A stretch of DNA of 64,000 nt from an uncultured Oscillospiraceae bacterium (GCA_964504385.1 CAZDEF010000001.1:294-64293); one strand, 5' to 3'; shown: positions 18,224 through 28,244, counted from the first letter of the stretch. Notes: generated by a model from the letters alone, not told the origin. Numbers and translations: made by a program.

Positions 18224-19063
18224 ATGATCGACAGCAGCCTTTGGAATGCGCTGGTTACCTTTCATCAGTGCGGCACGCTCAGCGCCGCAGCCGAAAAACT
18301 GTATGTATCTCAGCCTTCCTTGTCCTCAGCTATGAAAAGGCTGGAAAAAGAACTGGGCGTTTCCCTGTTCGAACGCAGCAAAAACCGGCTGGTGCTCAAC
18401 GAGGTAGGGCTTGAGGCTGTAGCGCTCGCTGAGAAGCACATTCAGGCCGAGAAGGAAATCGTGATCCATCTGCAGGAGATGTTCCGCCGGCTGAACGCTA
18501 TTACGGTGGCTTCCTATGTGAGCGGGCTACGGAAAATGCTGGTGGATCGCTTGAGCAATCTGTACCCGGATAAAGAGATCATTGCGGAGCATCTTTCCAG
18601 CGCGCTGCTCCCGCGCGGCCTATTGGAGGGACGTTTTGACTATGTTATAACCGAATATCCGATCGATGAGCCGGATGTGCAGTGTGTGCACTACCTGACC
18701 GACCGCATGCTGGTGCGCCTGCCGAAGGATGACCCTCTGGCCGACCGTGAAAGCGTGACGATTCACGATCTGCAGGGCGGCAAGCTGCTGGTGTGGACGC
18801 AAAGCGGTTTCTGGGCTTCGCACATCCGCAAAAAGTTCAGCAGCAATCAGTTGGTGTTTGTTCACGATGAGCAGGAATACTACGATCTGATCCAAGCATT
18901 TGACATGCGCTCCTTCACGTTGGAGTCCGTCGTTGCCAACCGTGAGCAGCAGGAGCGTTACCGTTTTGTGACGCTTGCAGAAGAAGACATGAGGATCGTT
19001 TTCTATATCTGCTGTTTGCAGCAGAACGCGCATCTGCTGCCCAGCCTTTTGCCGCGTATGTGA
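18224..19063 (+). CDS. LysR-family transcriptional regulator
   Basis: 279 aa. wHTH LVTFHQCGTLSAAAEKLYVSQPSLSSAMKRLEKELGVSLFER. Divergent from the transporter/peptidase array. Confidence 0.9.
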   Translation: MIDSSLWNALVTFHQCGTLSAAAEKLYVSQPSLSSAMKRLEKELGVSLFERSKNRLVLNEVGLEAVALAEKHIQAEKEIVIHLQEMFRRLNAITVASYVSGLRKMLVDRLSNLYPDKEIIAEHLSSALLPRGLLEGRFDYVITEYPIDEPDVQCVHYLTDRMLVRLPKDDPLADRESVTIHDLQGGKLLVWTQSGFWASHIRKKFSSNQLVFVHDEQEYYDLIQAFDMRSFTLESVVANREQQERYRFVTLAEEDMRIVFYICCLQQNAHLLPSLLPRM

Positions 19064-19082
19064 AATGCATGTAGATATACAA

Positions 19083-19114
19083 ACAGCCATCTTCCCGGCG
19101 GGAAGATGGCTGTT
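19083..19114. terminator. Hairpin after the LysR gene
   Basis: acagccatcttccc pairs with gggaagatggctgt. The T-tract is poor. Confidence 0.4.
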
Positions 19115-19189
19115 ACGTTGTGCGAAAAGAGTGACCGCACGGAGCCGAAACAAGGGGAACCTATCAGCCGTCCGAACCACCGGGATCGG

Positions 19190-19630
19190 TTAGACCAATT
19201 TCGCATTTTTGTACGAAATCAGAATATGTGTCGGAGCAAATAGCAGTGCCGACAAGAGCAGCAGCACCGATCTGCTCATCAGTCCGCTGAACAAAAAGAT
19301 GGCTGATGGTATGATAGAAAGTGCCAAAGACTTGAAAACACTATTTTTGTGCCAGCAGATCATCCAGATCGCGCAGTACAGGGCAAGCAGCATGCCATCT
19401 GCAAGAAGATAGGCGGCGAATGCTTCGTCAGGCCACCCTCCGAAACAAGTTCCCGGAATATTGATGATCATAAAACCGAAGCATCCAAATCGGCCTATTT
19501 GTTCGATAGTCTCGACATAGCGATTGTTCCACTTGTTTTCAAAGCTGTCTTTACACTTGATTGCAAAGACAGTTTTGGGGCTCATCATAACCAACGTAAG
19601 AATCAGCCCAAAAGCATTAAGCCATTCCAT
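19190..19630 (-). CDS. Hypothetical integral membrane protein
   Basis: 146 aa with 4 hydrophobic segments. It is visibly AT-richer than its surroundings. I recognise no motif. Confidence 0.55.
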   Translation of the reverse strand: MEWLNAFGLILTLVMMSPKTVFAIKCKDSFENKWNNRYVETIEQIGRFGCFGFMIINIPGTCFGGWPDEAFAAYLLADGMLLALYCAIWMICWHKNSVFKSLALSIIPSAIFLFSGLMSRSVLLLLSALLFAPTHILISYKNAKLV

Positions 19631-19710
19631 AGTGGATCCCCCATCGTTTTGTATTCCTGAAGAATGAAAGAAACCGTTCTTGTCGTAATCGACAAAAACG
19701 GTTTCTAATG

Positions 19711-19787
19711 TGGTAGCGGCGATCGGATTCGAACCAATGACACTCCGGGTATGAACCGAATGCTCTAGCCAGCTGAGCTACGCCGCC
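19711..19787 (-). tRNA. tRNA-Met (CAT), elongator type
   Basis: Reverse complement GGCGGCGTAGCTCAGCTGGCTAGAGCATTCGGTTCATACCCGGAGTGTCATTGGTTCGAATCCGATCGCCGCTACCA folds as a cloverleaf. Anticodon loop TTCATAC. CCA is encoded. Confidence 0.9.
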
Positions 19788-19790
19788 ATG

Positions 19791-19867
<77 letters not shown>

Positions 19868-19895
19868 ACGCTGTATCGCTCACGCGACGTTGATT

Positions 19896-19924
19896 ATCAT
19901 ACAACACCTTTGCGGTTTTGTCAA
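19896..19924 (-). promoter_or_regulatory. Near-consensus promoter for the tRNA-fMet/Met pair
   Basis: Minus strand reads TTGACA (19924-19919), a 17-nt spacer, then TATGAT (19901-19896), with an A/T-rich UP-like tract upstream. Confidence 0.6.
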
Positions 19925-20077
19925 TAACTTTTTGAAATTTTTTCGAAAAAGTTGCTATCCATCTTCCCCGCACTGCGCCTTGCCGCTGGTCATCCTGTGT
20001 TTTCCTTCCCATTCTCACGCCTCCTATGGTATAATACAGAAGCTCATCAACCACTATTTTTATAAGGAGTTTTCAAC

Positions 20078-21100
20078 ATGACGCATTGTATTTCGCGCCG
20101 CGCGGCGGCTCTTTTGCTGGTTCTTACGCTGTTCCTGCCTGCGCTGGCCATGGCGGACGAACGGACGGACGCGCTGTTCGCTCAAGCGCTCGACGCTCTG
20201 CTTTCGCCGGATCAGCTCAGCGAGGAGACCGGCCTTTTCGGCCTGCACACTGGCGACAGCGCCTATGTTCCCTGTGTTTCCCCCGGCGTAGTCCCCTACG
20301 ACCAGCAGCCCGAAGGCGGTCTGCAGCCCACCATGAGCGGCACGTTTCTTTCCTCGGACGAAAGCGTGGTAACCGTATCCGACACCGGGCTGATGACCGG
20401 CGTATCCGAAGGTAAAGCCGATGTTTCCTGTACAACCGCAAACGGTACATTCACCTATCATGTCACCGTCGGCGTTGATCAGCTGCCGCAGTTGATCAAA
20501 AACTACATTTATGTTCTCCAGCGTGAATTCTATTCTGTTCACCGCGCCCGTCTGCCCAAGTATAACCAGTATGCCAAATGGTACTACGGCAAAAGGAAAG
20601 AAGTGGGCTGGTGCGCTGTGTTCACCGCCTACTGCGCCAATGCTGCCGGCGCTCATCCGCTGGAGCTGCGCGACTTGGACAAGCTGGAAACACCGCCGGA
20701 TGTCCTGTTTATGCGTCAGGGCGAGGTGGGCCACCAGTACGATGGCTTCAGCGAACGCGGCCGCTTTGTGGATATCCCCAAGCCCGGTTATCTGGTCATC
20801 TACGCCGATATGGCCAAGTCCTACCGCACCACGCATATTGCTTCCATCACCGATGTGCAGGAGCTGGGCGGCGGCTTGTATGCCATCACCACGGTGGAGG
20901 GCAACATGTCCAACAGCGTCAAGAGCTATTCCTACATCTATGACAGCACTAAGGCCAACAACCGCATCACCAATCAAAATCGCAACGAGCTGCAGTACAA
21001 CATGTCTGAGCTGCCCGAAAGCGAGCGCACCGATCCGTTGGTGCAGTATGAGCTGCACACCGATCATTGGACAGTTTTCGGTTTCTGCCAGACATGGTAA
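20078..21100 (+). CDS. Secreted CHAP-domain peptidoglycan hydrolase with Big_2-like domain
   Basis: Signal peptide LLLVLTLFLPALAMA. Ig-like segment SSDESVVTVSDTGLMTGVSEGKADVSC. CHAP Cys (GWCAVFTAYC) and His (TTHIASIT). Confidence 0.8.
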   Translation: MTHCISRRAAALLLVLTLFLPALAMADERTDALFAQALDALLSPDQLSEETGLFGLHTGDSAYVPCVSPGVVPYDQQPEGGLQPTMSGTFLSSDESVVTVSDTGLMTGVSEGKADVSCTTANGTFTYHVTVGVDQLPQLIKNYIYVLQREFYSVHRARLPKYNQYAKWYYGKRKEVGWCAVFTAYCANAAGAHPLELRDLDKLETPPDVLFMRQGEVGHQYDGFSERGRFVDIPKPGYLVIYADMAKSYRTTHIASITDVQELGGGLYAITTVEGNMSNSVKSYSYIYDSTKANNRITNQNRNELQYNMSELPESERTDPLVQYELHTDHWTVFGFCQTW

Positions 21101-21198
21101 ACCGCCGGTTTGATTCTGCGTGTTTTGTCTATACTATCTTTGAGTGAAGAGAAAGCCCCTTTTTCTCAAATCAAAAATATGGAGGAAGTATTTTAGCA

Positions 21199-21741
21199 AT
21201 GAAGGAACTGAAGGGCACCAAAACAGAAGCTAATCTGATGACCGCCTTTGCCGGCGAAAGTCAGGCCCGCAACAAGTACACCTACTACGCCTCCAAGGCG
21301 CGCAAAGACGGCTATGTGCAGATCGCTCAGCTGTTCGAGGAAACCGCCAGCAACGAAAAGGAGCACGCCAAAATGTGGTTCAAGCTGCTGCACAGCGGCG
21401 CGATCCCCTCCACCGAGGAAAACCTGCTGGATGCCGCTGAAGGCGAAAACTACGAGTGGACGGACATGTACGCCGGCATGGCTCGCGATGCCCGCGAAGA
21501 AGGCTTCGACCATATCGCCTTCCTGTTTGAACAAGTCGCCGCGATCGAAAAGCACCACGAGGAACGCTACCGCAAGCTGCTGGCCAATATCAAAGACGGC
21601 CTCGTTTTCAGCCGCGATGGCGACGCAATCTGGGAATGCTCCAACTGCGGTCACATCGTCATCGGCCCCAAAGCCCCCGAGATGTGCCCCGTATGCGCCC
21701 ATCCTCAGGCCTACTTCAGGCTCCGCGCTGAAAACTACTGA
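21199..21741 (+). CDS. rbr: Rubrerythrin
   Basis: Di-iron ExxH motifs ([19 protein letters not shown]) and C-terminal rubredoxin CxxC...CxxC (CSNCGH...CPVCAH). Confidence 0.93.
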   Translation: MKELKGTKTEANLMTAFAGESQARNKYTYYASKARKDGYVQIAQLFEETASNEKEHAKMWFKLLHSGAIPSTEENLLDAAEGENYEWTDMYAGMARDAREEGFDHIAFLFEQVAAIEKHHEERYRKLLANIKDGLVFSRDGDAIWECSNCGHIVIGPKAPEMCPVCAHPQAYFRLRAENY

Positions 21742-21753
21742 TTTTTCCCTTTC

Positions 21754-21783
21754 ACGCCCGGATGAGCACCGGGCGTTTTTTTG
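21754..21783 (+). terminator. Intrinsic terminator of rbr
   Basis: acgcccgg, loop atgagca, ccgggcgt, followed by ttttttt. Confidence 0.8.
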
Positions 21784-21897
21784 ATTTACCATGCCGCATG
21801 TTTTTTGATTTGCCCTGCTGCGCCTATTGACGGAATCCCTGTTTCCTGCTACTATACTCATCCGGATTCCCGTACTATTCAGAAAGAAGGAAAACCA

Positions 21898-23256
21898 ATG
21901 CAGCAGGAACGTTCCAAACTGTTGGGCTCCATGGAGATGGGCCGACTGGTGGTGAAAGTGTCCGTGCCCATCATGATCAGCATGCTGGTGCAGGCGCTTT
22001 ACAATGTGGTGGATGGCATTTTTGTGGCGCGCTACAGTGCTGATGCGCTCACCGCCGTTTCACTCGCTTACCCGATCCAGATGCTGATGATCGCCGCCTC
22101 CACGGGATTGGGCGTGGGCATCAACAGCCTCATCAGCCGCAAGCTGGGCGCCAAGCGTCCCGAAGAAGCACGCGAGGCCGCCAAAAACGGCATTTTTCTA
22201 CAGCTGTGCGCCTTTGCGCTGTTCTTTGTCTTTGGCGTGTTTGCGGCCAAGCCTTTCTTTTCCCTGTTCACGCCGGTGGAGACCCTGCAGGAGCTGGGCG
22301 GCGAGTATTTGAGCATCGTGTGTACTTTCAGCTTCGGCGTGTTCCTGTCCATCTGCTTTGAGCGCATGATGCAGGCCACCGGCAACACCGTGCTTTCCAT
22401 GATCACTCAGCTGACGGGTGCGGTGGTGAACATCATCTTCGACCCAATTCTCATCTTTGGCCTGCTGGGTTTCCCCGAGATGGGCATTGCTGGTGCGGCC
22501 ATCGCCACCGTCATGGGCCAGATTGCCGGCATGCTGCTGGGCTTCTTCCTCAATCAGACGCGCAACACAGAGCTGAAGCTCTCCTTCAAGGGTTTCCGGC
22601 TGAATGGCGATATCCTGAAGAACATTCTCAGCGTTGGCTTTCCCAGCATCATCATGCAGTCCATTTCCTCTGTGATGAACGTCGCCATGAACCTGATCCT
22701 GATGGCCTATGGCAATGCTGCGGTCAGCGTGCTGGGCGTGTACTTCAAGCTGCAGTCCTTCATCTTTATGCCGGTCTTTGGCCTGAGCAACGGATTGGTG
22801 CCCATCATTGGCTACAATTACGGCGCGAAGCTGCGTCAGCGCATTTATGACGCCATCAAGGTAGCGCTGAAGCTGGCCATTCTCATCATGGGCGTGGGTA
22901 TGCTGCTGTTCCTGCTGATCCCAGAGGTGCTGCTTTCCCTGTTTGAAACCAACGGTGCCAGCGAGCTGACGCAGATCGGCATGATCGCGCTGCGCATCAT
23001 CTCCAGCCATTTCATTCTGGCCGCGATCGGCATCACGCTCAGCACGGTGTTCCAGGCAGTGGGCAAAGGCATGTACAGCCTGTTCATGAGTCTTTCCCGC
23101 CAGCTGATCGTGCTGCTGCCCGCTGCATGGGTGCTCAGCCGCCTGTTCGGCCTCAATGCGGTGTGGTGGTGCTTCCCCATTGCGGAGATCGTTTCCCTTT
23201 CCATTTGTCTGGTGCTGTTCAGGCGCGTGGATCGCACGATGTTTCAAACCCTGTAA
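21898..23256 (+). CDS. MATE-family efflux transporter
   Basis: LVVKVSVPIMISMLVQALYNVVDGIFVARY at the N-terminus and 12 hydrophobic segments. Start at ATG 21898. Confidence 0.88.
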   Translation: MQQERSKLLGSMEMGRLVVKVSVPIMISMLVQALYNVVDGIFVARYSADALTAVSLAYPIQMLMIAASTGLGVGINSLISRKLGAKRPEEAREAAKNGIFLQLCAFALFFVFGVFAAKPFFSLFTPVETLQELGGEYLSIVCTFSFGVFLSICFERMMQATGNTVLSMITQLTGAVVNIIFDPILIFGLLGFPEMGIAGAAIATVMGQIAGMLLGFFLNQTRNTELKLSFKGFRLNGDILKNILSVGFPSIIMQSISSVMNVAMNLILMAYGNAAVSVLGVYFKLQSFIFMPVFGLSNGLVPIIGYNYGAKLRQRIYDAIKVALKLAILIMGVGMLLFLLIPEVLLSLFETNGASELTQIGMIALRIISSHFILAAIGITLSTVFQAVGKGMYSLFMSLSRQLIVLLPAAWVLSRLFGLNAVWWCFPIAEIVSLSICLVLFRRVDRTMFQTL

Positions 23257-23265
23257 GCAGGCAAT

Positions 23266-23309
23266 GATCAAAGAGAGGCTGCCGTTCGATCGGCAGCCTC
23301 TCTTTGATC
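23266..23309. terminator. Bidirectional terminator (19-bp stem)
   Basis: gatcaaagagaggctgccg, loop ttcgat, cggcagcctctctttgatc, between convergent genes. Confidence 0.75.
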
Positions 23310-23337
23310 GTGAACTTATATCTTAGGAATGCATTTT

Positions 23338-24306
23338 TTACAGCAGCACCACGCCGCCCGGCGCGTTGAAAGGGATCTCGCGGAGCGTGCGGCTGGGCAG
23401 GCCGGTCTCGGGATCAATGCGTTTGAACACCACCCAGTCGGAGTCCTGACAGCAGATCACCAGCTGGCTCCCGTCAGCGCTCAGCTCCATATGGCGCGGA
23501 GTACGGCCGCCGCAGTCAAAGTTGGCCTTGAGCGTCAACAGGCCATTCTCATCCGCTTCCAGCAGCGCAATGTTATCAGCGTAACGGTTGGCAGCATACG
23601 CATAGTGTCCATCGGGCGACAGGCACAGTGCTGAACAGTGGCTGGTGCCGAAATGATCGGCAGGCAGTGTGGAGACCTGCTGCAGCAGCGTCCAGCCAGC
23701 GGTATCGTACACAAGGATCTCGTTGGAGTATTCCGTCACAACATACAGCCTTTTTTCGTCGGGCGACAGACGAGCATGGCGCGGGCGGCTTCCTGCCGGC
23801 GCATCCACCACCCGCTCCTGCGTCAGCGCACCGTTTTCCGCATGATAGATAAACAGCTTGTCCAGCCCCAGATTGACCGTGTAAGCACGGTCCTCCGCCC
23901 GGTTGAACAGCGAGCAGTGCTGGCGGCTGCGCCCTTCGCCCTGCTGCTCGATGGCGGTCACATCGCCAAACTTGCCTGTTTCCGGGTCGAATCGCGCGCA
24001 CAGCAGGTGGCCCGTGCCATAGCAGGAGCCAAGCAACAGCTTGTTCGCCGGTGAATAGCTCAGGTGGCACAGCGCGCCGCCCACCACATTGCGCCGGTCA
24101 GCCAAACGGTAGCTGATGCCGTCGCGGCGGTAGGCGTAAAGCGCGGCATAATAACGGTTTTCCGTCAGCGTGAACAGGTAGCCGTCGCCACAGACGGCAA
24201 AGCTGGGCGATTCGATCCCATCCGTCCAGAAGGGCACCGAGCGTTCGCCATAATACGCGATGGAGGTATCCAGCGCTATGCCATAGCCGGAAACGATGCA
24301 TTTCAT
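23338..24306 (-). CDS. Lactonase-family 7-bladed beta-propeller protein (6-phosphogluconolactonase-like)
   Basis: 322 aa. Repeated blade pattern with RPRHARLSPDEKRLYVVTE and GRTPRHMELSADGSQLVI, as in the Lactonase family. Confidence 0.7.
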   Translation of the reverse strand: MKCIVSGYGIALDTSIAYYGERSVPFWTDGIESPSFAVCGDGYLFTLTENRYYAALYAYRRDGISYRLADRRNVVGGALCHLSYSPANKLLLGSCYGTGHLLCARFDPETGKFGDVTAIEQQGEGRSRQHCSLFNRAEDRAYTVNLGLDKLFIYHAENGALTQERVVDAPAGSRPRHARLSPDEKRLYVVTEYSNEILVYDTAGWTLLQQVSTLPADHFGTSHCSALCLSPDGHYAYAANRYADNIALLEADENGLLTLKANFDCGGRTPRHMELSADGSQLVICCQDSDWVVFKRIDPETGLPSRTLREIPFNAPGGVVLL

Positions 24307-24336
24307 GAAGTTTCTCTCCTTTCGATGGGAGCTCCT

Positions 24337-25728
24337 TTATGCAGCAAGCCCTGATTTGCGGATGGCACGTTTGAGCCATCCGCCCCAGAGATAGTAAACG
24401 ACGAACAGTGCAGACGTGAGCACCCATGTGATGGGGTAGCTGAGCATCAGCGTCTGCAGGGTATGGTGCATGGGCAGCACAAACGCCACCCAGATCACGC
24501 GGAATACACACACGCCAAACAGCGTGAACAGCGTCGCCACCAGCGAATCACCCACGCCGCGCAGCGCGCCGGAAAGGATCTCGATACAGATAAAGGCGAT
24601 ATAGGACGGCGCGATCACCCGCAGCATCTGCATGCCGTATTCGATGACCAGCTCGTCATCCGTAAACAACCGGTACAGTGTCGGCCCGCCCAGCAGCACA
24701 CTCGCACTCAGCACGACCGTTATGCCAAACAGCATGCCCAGACACACGCGCACGCTCTTGTGCACCCGGTCGTACAGCTTTGCGCCAAAGTTTTGCCCCA
24801 CAAAGGTGGTGATCGCCACGCCGAAAGCACCGTCGATCATCCAATAGAAACCGTCCAATTTGCCGAATACGGTGTACGCGGCCACCATGTCCGTGCCAAA
24901 GCTGTTCACCGCCGACTGGATGATCACATTGGAGACCGAATACATCACCGACTGCAAGCCGGCAGGCAAGCCGATGGCGATGATGCGCCCCAGCAGCTGC
25001 GTGTGGAAACGGATCTTGCGCGCATGCATGCGGTAGGAAGTCTGCGAACGCGCCAGCGTATACCACACCAGCACAGCGCTGACCAGCTGAGAAAAGATGG
25101 TCGCCAGCGCCGCACCTGCCACGCCCATCTCCAGCCCCAGCACCAGCAGAATATCCAGCACAATGTTGGTTACACAGGCCGCCGCCAGAAAATACAGCGG
25201 CCGTCTGGAATCCCCCACAGCGCGCAGCAGGCCCGAGCCGATGTTGTACACCAGCGAAGGGATCATGCCGATAAAATAGATGCGCAGGTAGGTAATGGCG
25301 TAGGGCAGCACATCCTCCGGCGTATCCAGCAGCCGCAGCAGCGCCGGAGAAGCTGCGTAGCCCACGATCATGATCACAGCGCCGCCAGCCAGCGCCATGG
25401 CCATGGCGGTATGCACCGTCTGACTGACTTCTTCATCGCGCCTGCCGCCATAGAACTGCGACAGAATGACCGTAGCGCCGGAGGACAGCCCAACAAAGAA
25501 ACCCACGATCAGATTGATGAGGCTGCCGGTCGCGCCGCCCACGGCGGCCAGCGCCTCCTTGCCCACGAATTTGCCCACGATGATCGCGTCCACCGTGTTG
25601 TACATCTGCTGGAAAAACGTGCCCAGCAGAATGGGAAAGAAGAACGCCAGCAGTGTTTTCCAGATGACGCCTTCCGTAATGCTGTTTGCATCCACACCGA
25701 TGGACGCGCGTCTTGTTTTCCATGCCAT
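24337..25728 (-). CDS. MATE-family efflux transporter
   Basis: WKTLLAFFFPILLGTFFQQMYNTVDAIIVGKFVGKEALAAVGG, polytopic. Confidence 0.88.
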   Translation of the reverse strand: MAWKTRRASIGVDANSITEGVIWKTLLAFFFPILLGTFFQQMYNTVDAIIVGKFVGKEALAAVGGATGSLINLIVGFFVGLSSGATVILSQFYGGRRDEEVSQTVHTAMAMALAGGAVIMIVGYAASPALLRLLDTPEDVLPYAITYLRIYFIGMIPSLVYNIGSGLLRAVGDSRRPLYFLAAACVTNIVLDILLVLGLEMGVAGAALATIFSQLVSAVLVWYTLARSQTSYRMHARKIRFHTQLLGRIIAIGLPAGLQSVMYSVSNVIIQSAVNSFGTDMVAAYTVFGKLDGFYWMIDGAFGVAITTFVGQNFGAKLYDRVHKSVRVCLGMLFGITVVLSASVLLGGPTLYRLFTDDELVIEYGMQMLRVIAPSYIAFICIEILSGALRGVGDSLVATLFTLFGVCVFRVIWVAFVLPMHHTLQTLMLSYPITWVLTSALFVVYYLWGGWLKRAIRKSGLAA

Positions 25729-25743
25729 ACGGGGATAACTCCT

Positions 25744-26490
25744 TTACAGGCCATTCAAAAACCACACGGGATAGCTGCCTGCAAAGCGATAGCCAAGCTT
25801 CTGTGCCAGATGCAGGGAAACTTCGCTGGCTGCATCCCATTCGGCAACGAGGCCGCGATCCACGCATTCCATGATCAGCCGTGCGCTGCAAGCCGCCGCA
25901 ATGCCGTGCCGCTGATGATCGGCCCGCACATCCACCTGCACCTCGATGCCCTCAGAGCAGTATATATAGGAAGATGCGCTGCCCACAAGCACGCCGTTAT
26001 GCAGCGCCGCCACGCCAAGGCCGTGCGCCTGATACGCCTCCCACGTTCCGAACTGCAGACAGGCATCGCACGACCACGACTGCGCAAGCGCCTGACGGTA
26101 GCAGTTTTCATCAAACAGACAGAACTCGATATCATCAGGCACGCCTTTCGCCAACCTCAGCAGATGATCGCGATCAAAGCTTTCCGGCGGGCGCAGCGCA
26201 TAGCGCGTCTGTGCTGTGGTCATCGATCCCAGGATCCGGCCCGCACGTTCGTGCAGCGCTTGTGTCCGGCTTACAATAATGTAGAAATATCCCAGTTTCA
26301 AAAAATGCGAAAGCAACGGCTCCCATTCCGACGCGTCTGCATCGCCCGCCAGAAACAGGAAATCGCCATTTTCACATACGGCTGCACGGGAACCGGCATG
26401 ATGAAAGCGCCCCTGCACGCCCTCCCTCACGCTCTGGATCATCAGGTTGTCCCAGCCGTCAAACAGGTGAAGGTTCAGGCATTCTCCCAT
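25744..26490 (-). CDS. GNAT-family N-acetyltransferase (two-lobed)
   Basis: The C-terminal lobe VDVRADHQRHGIAAACSARLIMECVDRGL is an acetyl-CoA binding-like motif. The start is uncertain (ATG 26490 overlaps capE by 16 nt; alternative ATG 26442). Confidence 0.65.
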   Translation of the reverse strand: MGECLNLHLFDGWDNLMIQSVREGVQGRFHHAGSRAAVCENGDFLFLAGDADASEWEPLLSHFLKLGYFYIIVSRTQALHERAGRILGSMTTAQTRYALRPPESFDRDHLLRLAKGVPDDIEFCLFDENCYRQALAQSWSCDACLQFGTWEAYQAHGLGVAALHNGVLVGSASSYIYCSEGIEVQVDVRADHQRHGIAAACSARLIMECVDRGLVAEWDAASEVSLHLAQKLGYRFAGSYPVWFLNGL

Positions 26491-27506
26491 CTGGCAAGTT
26501 CCTCCTGGATGTAGGAAAGAGACAGCAGCTTCTCCTTTACCTCATCCACAGTCAGCAAGCGCGTGTTGTTGGAATTGAACTCGCTGAGCAAATTGCGGCT
26601 TTCATCGCCCTTTACCACATATTTGTCGTAGTTCAGGTCGCGCGCATCGGAAGGCACGCGGTAAAAATCGCCCATGTCAACGGCGTGCACACACTCCTCG
26701 TTGGTCAGCAGCGTTTCGTACATCTTTTCACCGTGGCGGATCCCGATCACGCGCACGGGGTTATCCGCATGGAATACTTCCTTCACAGCCTGCGCCAGCA
26801 CGCCTATGGTGCAGGCCGGCGCTTTCTTCACCAGAATGTCGCCGCTGTGCGCATGCTCGAACGCGAACAGCACCAGCTCCACCGCCTCCTCAAGACTCAT
26901 GATGAAGCGGGTCATGTCCGGGTGGGTAACGGTGAGGGATCTGTCGGCACGGATCTGATCGATAAACAGCGGGATGACCGAACCGCGCGAGCACATCACA
27001 TTGCCATAGCGGGTGCCGCAGATGAGCGTGCGCTCCGGCGACACCGTGCGCGCCTTGGCCACAAACACCTTTTCCATCATGGCCTTGCTGGTGCCCATGG
27101 CGTTGACGGGATAGGCCGCCTTGTCCGTGGAAAGGCAGATCACCTTTTTCACGCCCGCCTCAATGCAGGCAGTCAGCACATTGTCGGTGCCCAGCACATT
27201 GGTCTTGACCGCTTCGATGGGAAAGAATTCGCAGGAGGGCACCTGCTTGAGCGCAGCGGCATGGAACAGATAATCCACGCCGTAAAGGGCGTTTTTCACG
27301 CTGGACAGGTCGCGCACATCGCCGATGAAATACTTGATCTTGCTGTTCTGATAGCGATGGCGCATATCATCCTGCTTTTTCTCATCGCGGCTGAAAATGC
27401 GGATCTCCGCAATATCCGTGTCCAGAAACCGTTTCAGCACCGCCTCGCCAAAGGAGCCTGTGCCGCCGGTGATCATCAGTGTTTTTCCGCTGAAGGGAGA
27501 GCTCAT
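26475..27506 (-). CDS. UDP-N-acetylglucosamine 4,6-dehydratase/5-epimerase, CapE/FnlA/WbjB type
   Basis: 343 aa, collinear with my recollection of S. aureus CapE: ITGGTGSFG, IRIFSRDEKKQDDMR, HAAALKQVPSCEFFP.EAVKTN, ICLSTDKAAYP.NAMG.SKAMMEK, LICGTRYGNVM.SRGSVIPLFID. Confidence 0.85.
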   Translation of the reverse strand: MSSPFSGKTLMITGGTGSFGEAVLKRFLDTDIAEIRIFSRDEKKQDDMRHRYQNSKIKYFIGDVRDLSSVKNALYGVDYLFHAAALKQVPSCEFFPIEAVKTNVLGTDNVLTACIEAGVKKVICLSTDKAAYPVNAMGTSKAMMEKVFVAKARTVSPERTLICGTRYGNVMCSRGSVIPLFIDQIRADRSLTVTHPDMTRFIMSLEEAVELVLFAFEHAHSGDILVKKAPACTIGVLAQAVKEVFHADNPVRVIGIRHGEKMYETLLTNEECVHAVDMGDFYRVPSDARDLNYDKYVVKGDESRNLLSEFNSNNTRLLTVDEVKEKLLSLSYIQEELARWENA

Positions 27507-28244
27507 TTACAGTTCCTCCTCGGTGTTTTTCAGCGCGTTGCCCGTCAGGCGGTGCAGCACGTCGCGGTAGGCCTCGGCTACATTGCCCAGATCATGGCGG
27601 AAACGGTCCAGATCCATGGGCTCATGCGTGGCGGCGTCCCAGAAGCGGCAGGTATCGGGCGATACCTCGTCCGCCAGCAGGATCTCGCCTTTATAGCGGC
27701 CAAATTCCAGCCGGAAATCGATCAGCTCAATGTTGATGTCCCGCATGCATTCGGAAAGGATCTCGTTCACGCGGTAGCTCATCCGTTCCATCTTGCGCAC
27801 TTCCTCCGGCGTGGCCAGATCCATGGCTGTGATGTGCGTGACGTTCACCATTGCGTCTTCCAGCTCCGGGTTCTTCAGGTTGAATTCAATAATGGTGTTG
27901 CGCAGGTGTGTTCCATCCGGGCAGCCCATCCGTTTGGCCAGACTGCCCGCAGCAATGTTGCGCACCTTGACCACGAAAGGGATCATCTCCACCCGCTTCA
28001 CCAGCGAGCAGCGGTTGTCGATACGGCGGATGAAGTGATTGGGCACGCCCTTCTCCGTCAGCAGGGTAAACATGTATTCGCAGATCAGATTGTTGATCTC
28101 GCCCTTGCCAATGATGCGCCCCCGCTTCAGCCCGTGAAAGGCGAAGGTCTCGTCGCGGTAATACACCACAGCCTCATCTGGGTTCTCCGTCGCGTACAGG
28201 CGTTTTCCCTTGCCCTCGGCGATCATGTCTGTAATATTGCTCAT
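27507..28244 (-). CDS. purC: Phosphoribosylaminoimidazole-succinocarboxamide (SAICAR) synthase homolog
   Basis: 245 aa. EGKGKRLY, VVKVRNIAAGSLAKRMG and LADEVSPDTCRFWD are PurC motifs. Its stop TAA (27509-27507) abuts the capE ATG (27506-27504). Confidence 0.85.
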   Translation of the reverse strand: MSNITDMIAEGKGKRLYATENPDEAVVYYRDETFAFHGLKRGRIIGKGEINNLICEYMFTLLTEKGVPNHFIRRIDNRCSLVKRVEMIPFVVKVRNIAAGSLAKRMGCPDGTHLRNTIIEFNLKNPELEDAMVNVTHITAMDLATPEEVRKMERMSYRVNEILSECMRDINIELIDFRLEFGRYKGEILLADEVSPDTCRFWDAATHEPMDLDRFRHDLGNVAEAYRDVLHRLTGNALKNTEEEL

